A stretch of DNA of 64,000 nt from positions 193,578 through 257,577 of the forward strand of contig CAKVCX010000002.1 in assembly GCA_934725985.1 (NCBI GenBank). The letters run 5' to 3'. The notes under the pieces were generated by a model. The model did not search any database, was not told the origin of the DNA, and was given only the letters and a program-made list of their open reading frames with translations. The stretch comes from an uncultured Bacilli bacterium. Lineage in GTDB: Bacteria > Bacillota_I > Bacilli_A > RFN20 > CAG-826. Below are positions 58,961 to 64,000 of the stretch, one piece after another (the stretch's first letter is position 1; every line of letters starts with the position of its first letter). A program made the translations under genes and the position numbers.

Positions 58961-60979
58961 ATGAAAGCCCTATTTGTTTTTCTTGGGCTTTTTTTCGGCC
59001 TTTATATCGGGTTCTATTTAACGCCTTTTTTTTCCTTATTAATTGCTATATTAAGTTTATTATCGACTTTTGTCGCTTTTAAAAAAAGGAAAGTATGTTT
59101 CTTCTTGTTTTCTTTTATTGTTGGAACTCTTCTTTCTTTTAGCTTCTATTTGCCCTTATTAAATGAAAAAGAATGTATTGTTTTAATTTGTCAAACTAGA
59201 AATAACTATGTAATCGGAAGGACGTTATTACATAAGTTTTATATCTATGATTCTATAAATTATGAAGTAGGGGACATAGTCAAAATAAAGGGAAAGATTT
59301 CTTCTTTTTCTTTTACTGAATATGAAAGCAAATTTTCTTTTTCTTTTTATTTAATAAGTCTTGGAGCTAGAAATGAATTTAAGGTTGATTCTTCTTCTTA
59401 TTTGATTAGAAATCCAATTCGATGGAGGGTAATCGAAAAAGCATTTTTATCTTCCTTTAGAAAAGAAGAAAAATCTTTGATTGAATTGATTTTGTTTAAC
59501 AAAAAAGACTACCAGAACGAATTGGTAAATAAAATGGATTCTTTGTCTTTGTTATATCTATTAAGCAATTCTGGCTTATTTTATTCTTTAATGTTGAAAA
59601 TAAATAAAATGATTTTTTCTTCTTTTTTAAATGGCAAAAAAGAAGATGTGGCCGAGCTTGTCCTGGGGTCATTTCTTTTTTTATTTTCCTTTAAAAAGGT
59701 TGGAGTAATCCGTTCTTTTTTATCATTTCTATTAAGGAAGATTTTTAAGTTAAAAAAGAAAAAAGCAGATAATCTTACATTAATTTGTCTCCCTGGCTTG
59801 TTATTATTGGCTTTTGATTTTAATTTTGCTTATCAAGATGGTTTTTTCTTAAGCATGGGCATTGCTTTTCTATATTATTTTACAAAAGTCAAATTCTCTT
59901 TTTATAAAAAGAAAAAAAGAGCTTTTCTAGAGTTTTTGCTATTAAATGTCTTTATTTTACCTTTTAAACTCTCTTTTTCTTCTGGACAGTTTCATTTATT
60001 TTCTTATTTTTATTCTTTTTTATTGACTCCTGTTGTTGCTTTTTCTTATTTTGTATGTTTATTTTCTTTTATTTTTTTTAGGCCAGGAAACTTTGTCTCT
60101 ATTCTATATAAAATCATATTGAAATTATCTAATCTATTTTTAAGGTTTGATCCAACGCTTTCTTTGCCTGTCCCTTGTAAAACTAGCATCATTATTTTTT
60201 ATATTATCTTTTTCATTTGGCTAACATTTTTTAATTTAAACGAAATAAAAATACGAAGAATAATCTCTTTTTCTTATATTTTTTCTTTGCTTATTTCTAT
60301 TTTGCCTCTTTGGAATTGTTTTTCAAATGAAGTTTGTTTTATTAATGTCGGCCAAGGGGATTCCATATTGGTAAGAAACAAAAGCAAAACTGTGCTTATT
60401 GATACGGGCGGGAACATTAAATTTGATATGGCCAAAGAAGTTTTGATTCCGTTTTTTAAAAAGAAAAGGATATATAAACTAGATTATTTGATTTTGACGC
60501 ATGGAGATTTTGATCATGACGGGGCAAAAGAATCCTTATGCAAAAACTTTAATGTTAAAAGGGTAGTGGATTCCAAATACGAATTTCCTATTAAAATAGG
60601 CGATTTGACCTTGGAAAATCTAAATAAGTACAATTTAGAAGGAAGCAACGAGAATTCCTTAGCCATTTATACTGAATTTATTGATAAAAAATGGCTATTT
60701 ATGGGCGATTGCCCCCTTGAAATTGAAAAGTTAATTATAAAAGATTATCCAAATTTAGAAGCGGATGTTTTAAAAGTAGGACATCATGGATCATCGACTT
60801 CGACTTGCTTAGAGTTTTTAAAGGTTATTAAACCAACAGACGCTATTATCTCGGTAGGAAAAAGCAATGGTTATGGCCATCCTGATTCAAAGGTTATTTC
60901 TAGACTTGAAAAAGAAAATATTAACGTTAGAAGAACCGATGTCGAAGGAAGCATTTCCTATTTTAGTTTTGCTACGTAA
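58961..60979 (+). CDS. comEC: DNA internalization competence protein ComEC/Rec2
   Basis: Polytopic competence domain plus a C-terminal MBL domain (ILTHGDFDHDG, HHGSSTS). Confidence 0.85.
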   Translation: MKALFVFLGLFFGLYIGFYLTPFFSLLIAILSLLSTFVAFKKRKVCFFLFSFIVGTLLSFSFYLPLLNEKECIVLICQTRNNYVIGRTLLHKFYIYDSINYEVGDIVKIKGKISSFSFTEYESKFSFSFYLISLGARNEFKVDSSSYLIRNPIRWRVIEKAFLSSFRKEEKSLIELILFNKKDYQNELVNKMDSLSLLYLLSNSGLFYSLMLKINKMIFSSFLNGKKEDVAELVLGSFLFLFSFKKVGVIRSFLSFLLRKIFKLKKKKADNLTLICLPGLLLLAFDFNFAYQDGFFLSMGIAFLYYFTKVKFSFYKKKKRAFLEFLLLNVFILPFKLSFSSGQFHLFSYFYSFLLTPVVAFSYFVCLFSFIFFRPGNFVSILYKIILKLSNLFLRFDPTLSLPVPCKTSIIIFYIIFFIWLTFFNLNEIKIRRIISFSYIFSLLISILPLWNCFSNEVCFINVGQGDSILVRNKSKTVLIDTGGNIKFDMAKEVLIPFFKKKRIYKLDYLILTHGDFDHDGAKESLCKNFNVKRVVDSKYEFPIKIGDLTLENLNKYNLEGSNENSLAIYTEFIDKKWLFMGDCPLEIEKLIIKDYPNLEADVLKVGHHGSSTSTCLEFLKVIKPTDAIISVGKSNGYGHPDSKVISRLEKENINVRRTDVEGSISYFSFAT

Positions 60980-60995
60980 AGTATAAAATTTTTCT

Positions 60996-61970
60996 ATGGT
61001 TATTCTTTATTATTCTATCGACTCAAAAATGGCTAGCAGTTTAGGGCGTAAACTCTCTTTTAAGCTAGAACCAAATAGAAATGAATGCAATTATTCTTCC
61101 TTCAATATGGCCATGACCTCTTTAAATGAACTTTACGAAGAATGCGTTTTTATGCCCCTAGGCTATGATAAGAAAACAATTCTAGCGAATGGGTGCTATT
61201 TTTTAGCCAAAGCAAAAACGAAGGCAAAATTATTGCCGAATGATTCTTATGAAAAAATACTTTCTTATTTAAATAACCCTAGCGAACAAGTAAATTTAAT
61301 TTTTACTTGCCAAGCAGAAAAGCTTGATGAAAAAAATCCTCTTGTAGTTGCCATAAAAAAAGTAGGGACAATTAAAGAAATTACTTTGCCAAAAATGAAC
61401 GAATACTTGGATTATATGAATAGGTATTTTTCAAATTTTGGATGTTCAATTTCTTCTGATGCCGCTAAAGAATTAATAAATAGAATTGGTGATGATTACG
61501 GACGTTTTTTAAATGAAATTGATAAACTATCTAGTTATGCAAACGGTGAAAATATTTCTTTATCAGACGTAAAAAGGCTAGTTAGTCCAAAAGAAGAAGA
61601 TGATGCTTTTTCTCTTTCTAACTCTTTAATTAGATGCGATATAAAGAAAGCATTGGAAATATATAGACAATTAAAGATAATTTCCATTGATGAAGTAAGA
61701 CTTATCGGTATGCTTTCCTCCCAGTTCCGTTTCATGGATATGGTTTTATATCTATACAATAAAGGATTGTCTTCTTCTTCCATTGCTAGGGAGTTATCTT
61801 CTTCTCCGTTTAGAGTAGACATTACCATAAGAAATCTTTATGGAGTAAAAAAGAAAACATTAGCCGATATAAGCGAACTTCTTTACCAGGCCGATAAGGA
61901 TATTTTAAGTGGCAGGTGTAGTGGGCAATTTGCCTTTGAAAGGTTTTTGGCTAATTTTAATTTAAAATAA
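60996..61970 (+). CDS. holA: DNA polymerase III subunit delta
   Basis: ~325 aa following comEC and convergent with rpsT, matching B. subtilis comEC-holA/rpsT order. Confidence 0.65.
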   Translation: MVILYYSIDSKMASSLGRKLSFKLEPNRNECNYSSFNMAMTSLNELYEECVFMPLGYDKKTILANGCYFLAKAKTKAKLLPNDSYEKILSYLNNPSEQVNLIFTCQAEKLDEKNPLVVAIKKVGTIKEITLPKMNEYLDYMNRYFSNFGCSISSDAAKELINRIGDDYGRFLNEIDKLSSYANGENISLSDVKRLVSPKEEDDAFSLSNSLIRCDIKKALEIYRQLKIISIDEVRLIGMLSSQFRFMDMVLYLYNKGLSSSSIARELSSSPFRVDITIRNLYGVKKKTLADISELLYQADKDILSGRCSGQFAFERFLANFNLK

Positions 61971-61996
61971 AAAAAGCTGCCTAATGCAGCTTAATT
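61971..61996. terminator. Bidirectional terminator between holA and rpsT
   Basis: A-run, then AAGCTGC-CTAAT-GCAGCTT, then T-rich sequence. Confidence 0.7.
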
Positions 61997-62011
61997 TAAT
62001 AAATAAGATTC

Positions 62012-62275
62012 TTATTTAATGTTAGCAACTAATTCCTGCAAATGAGCTTTTTTGCGATCGGCATTATTTTTGGCAATGGTGCCATCTTGTGCGATTTTAT
62101 CAAGAATGCTCATGGCTTCTGCTAAAGCTTTTGTGGCTTCTTCTTTGTTATTTGAAGCAGCTAGTTTTTCAACTTTTTTAATAGCGGTGCGAGCTTTTGA
62201 TTTAGCGGCAGCATTGCGTTGACGGGCTAATTCATTGGTTTGATCGCGCTTGATTTGAGATTTAATGTTTGGCAT
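62012..62275 (-). CDS. rpsT: 30S ribosomal protein S20
   Basis: 87 aa basic protein with the MPNIKSQIKR start. Confidence 0.9.
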   Translation of the reverse strand: MPNIKSQIKRDQTNELARQRNAAAKSKARTAIKKVEKLAASNNKEEATKALAEAMSILDKIAQDGTIAKNNADRKKAHLQELVANIK

Positions 62276-62358
62276 TTAACTTAGTCCTTCTACTTTATTA
62301 GCGGGTTTAATATTAGTCTTTAGACTAACAAAAGGCAACTATTTTCTAGTTGTTTTCT

Positions 62359-64000
62359 TTATTCTTCTTCATTTTTACTAGATTTGTCGCCATATTTCAA
62401 TATTAATATTTCTTTGGTGAAGTCATTGACGTTGCCTAATAGGCCGTATTTATCTTCTGGGATTTCAATTTTAAAGGTTTTGTCTAAAGTTTGGACCATT
62501 TCAATATAAGACATGGAATCCCCGCCTAAATCGGAAGTCCAAATGGAATCGACGTCTATTTTAAATTCTGGAAGCATCAAGATTTTCGAGAATATTTTAA
62601 TAATTTTGTTTTGTATGTTTTCTACTTCCTTCTTATCGTAACCATCAAAGCTTACGACTTCTTTTTTGCCTTGTTCGATGTTTATGAAATCGTTTGACCC
62701 TTTTTCTATCGCCTCTTTTATTAGGAATCGTTTTACTTTAAGTGAGCCCGACATTGGCAAAGGCCTTTTATCTATTAAGATTTCTTGTATTTTCTTTTCC
62801 GAAGGCAAAGTCGCGTTTATTGCATAAATATCCGAGTAAATCTTTTTTATGGCTTCTAGATTAACTGAATTATCAACTTCACAAACCAAAGTAATCTTTT
62901 CTTCGCTTTCACCTTTTTTCTTTGCTCCAAAGCAAACGACGTTATTTAAGTTCTTGATGTCCTTAAAATAAGTTTCTATTTCATCCGGGAAAACATTTTC
63001 TCCATTTGAAAGGATAATGGTATCTTTTATTCTCCCTTTTATAAAATAATAGCCTTGCTCGTTTTTTATAGCTATATCTCCAGTAGGGAAGAATTGATTT
63101 TGATAATCGACTGTTTTGATTTTTCCACCGATTATTTCCTTATAATGGCTTATTGGGCTTTTGACGAATAGTTCTCCAGAGGTTTCATTTTCATCCCCAT
63201 TTCCTATCCGATACTCAACCTTATATAGAGGCTTGCCAATCGACCCTTTTAAACGTTGCTCGATGTTAGGGGACATTTCCACGCTAGTGACGCCAATCTC
63301 GGTCATTCCGTAACCATTATAAAGCGGGTAGCCTAGTCCATTTATCAAGGATTGGGTTTTTTTAGATAAAAAGCCTCCCCCGGAAATGCAATAACGGATT
63401 GATTTGCCCAATATTTTCTTTTTAAAGATATTGTTAATCAATTTGCTTCCGCCTATCCCGGCTTCTTTCTTTGTTATTTTATTGGTATTAAAAGCCAGCA
63501 TTCTTTCGAAAATATCAGCTTTGCTCGGGCTTAATGAGGCGATAGTTCTATTAACATTTTGGGCTATGCCATCCCAAAATAAAGGCACTGAATAAACATG
63601 GGTGCATTTCCCTTTCTTTATGGCATATAAAAGATCGCTAGTAGACATAGAAGATGGGTAGACGATTGTTTTGTTATAAAAAGAGTACCAAAGAAAGACT
63701 GCTACAAAACCAAATATGTGGTGAAATGGGAGCATGGCCAATATTCTTATTCTTTCTGGATAAATTAAATCTTCACTTGATGAAGCCATTTCGTAGGAAG
63801 AACAAATCTGGGCCGTCAAATTCTTTCCTTCATATATCATTAATTTGGCATCACCTGTAGTTCCTGAGGAACAAAAAATAACTTCATTGGCCCAATCTGG
63901 TCTAAATGAATAATCATCATTTTCGTTCATTATTTCGTTTAGTCGATAGGAAGGGCAAATAAAAGTTTCTTCATCATTGGCTATCAAGGCCTTGGCATTG
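62359..64000 (-). CDS. Adenylate-forming (AMP-binding) enzyme fused to C-terminal acyl/peptidyl carrier domain; 5' end beyond window
   Basis: SSGTTGDAK (P-loop-like core motif) and GYGMTE. C-terminal carrier motif GGDSMSYIEMV has the phosphopantetheine Ser. The ORF is open to the window end. Confidence 0.7.
   Translation of the reverse strand, partial: NAKALIANDEETFICPSYRLNEIMNENDDYSFRPDWANEVIFCSSGTTGDAKLMIYEGKNLTAQICSSYEMASSSEDLIYPERIRILAMLPFHHIFGFVAVFLWYSFYNKTIVYPSSMSTSDLLYAIKKGKCTHVYSVPLFWDGIAQNVNRTIASLSPSKADIFERMLAFNTNKITKKEAGIGGSKLINNIFKKKILGKSIRYCISGGGFLSKKTQSLINGLGYPLYNGYGMTEIGVTSVEMSPNIEQRLKGSIGKPLYKVEYRIGNGDENETSGELFVKSPISHYKEIIGGKIKTVDYQNQFFPTGDIAIKNEQGYYFIKGRIKDTIILSNGENVFPDEIETYFKDIKNLNNVVCFGAKKKGESEEKITLVCEVDNSVNLEAIKKIYSDIYAINATLPSEKKIQEILIDKRPLPMSGSLKVKRFLIKEAIEKGSNDFINIEQGKKEVVSFDGYDKKEVENIQNKIIKIFSKILMLPEFKIDVDSIWTSDLGGDSMSYIEMVQTLDKTFKIEIPEDKYGLLGNVNDFTKEILILKYGDKSSKNEEE

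Noticed and set aside
1-64000. CRISPR arrays, IS elements, restriction-modification or other defence systems
   Set aside because: No regularly spaced direct repeats, transposase-like ORFs, Cas-like proteins, methyltransferase/endonuclease pairs or toxin-antitoxin-like small gene pairs were seen.
1-64000. Alternative genetic code (UGA=Trp, Mycoplasma-type)
   Set aside because: All long conserved genes are uninterrupted under the standard code, and Trp is encoded by TGG. UGA therefore behaves as a stop, which fits Acholeplasma- or Erysipelotrichia-like lineages rather than Mycoplasma or Spiroplasma.

Overview
The window is AT-rich and densely packed with genes, almost all of them co-directional on the + strand; only the pfl, ttcA-like, typA, speE-like, rsmB-like, rpsT and A-T-didomain genes run on the - strand. 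It reads as core chromosome of a low-GC Firmicute or Mollicute relative, consistent with Erysipelotrichia- or Acholeplasma-type genomes. Long genes such as infB, alaS, ftsK and pflB are intact with no in-frame TGA, so the standard code is in use, with TGA as stop. Lipoproteins carry Ser-rich segments and cysteine lipoboxes.

Gene order is the classic Firmicute layout:
- rimP-nusA-ylxR-ylxQ-infB-rbfA, then truB-ribF, rpsO-pnp
- a T-box leader followed by alaS-ruvX-DUF1292-greA
- comEA-comEC-holA opposite rpsT
- pdp-dtd-mnmA and rnj-ftsK

Carbohydrate genes are galM-galT-galK, malQ, a cytoplasmic pullulanase, and pflB-pflA. One tRNA-Thr(GGT) was found. No IS elements, integrases, CRISPR arrays or recognisable defence genes were found.

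The observations most worth a second look are non-core insertions and fusions:
- a tightly coupled membrane-lipid module (MFS, Zn-dependent phospholipase-C-like, degenerate Nudix-like, cardiolipin synthase, Fe-ADH) fused in-frame-overlap to the gal operon
- a second lipid cluster after the tRNA (GT4 glycosyltransferase, DegV/FakB, lipoprotein phosphoesterase, polytopic membrane protein)
- a TtcA-family PP-loop ATPase with an unrecognised C-terminal extension, inserted antisense into the infB-truB cluster
- a GlpA-like three-gene flavoprotein set plus a phosphoesterase
- a miniature SSB/PriB-like OB-fold protein
- an adenylation-carrier didomain gene running off the window end
- the greA terminator, which sequesters the comEA ribosome-binding site

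Nothing here can be called a defined new system with confidence. All family assignments rest on motif recognition by eye.
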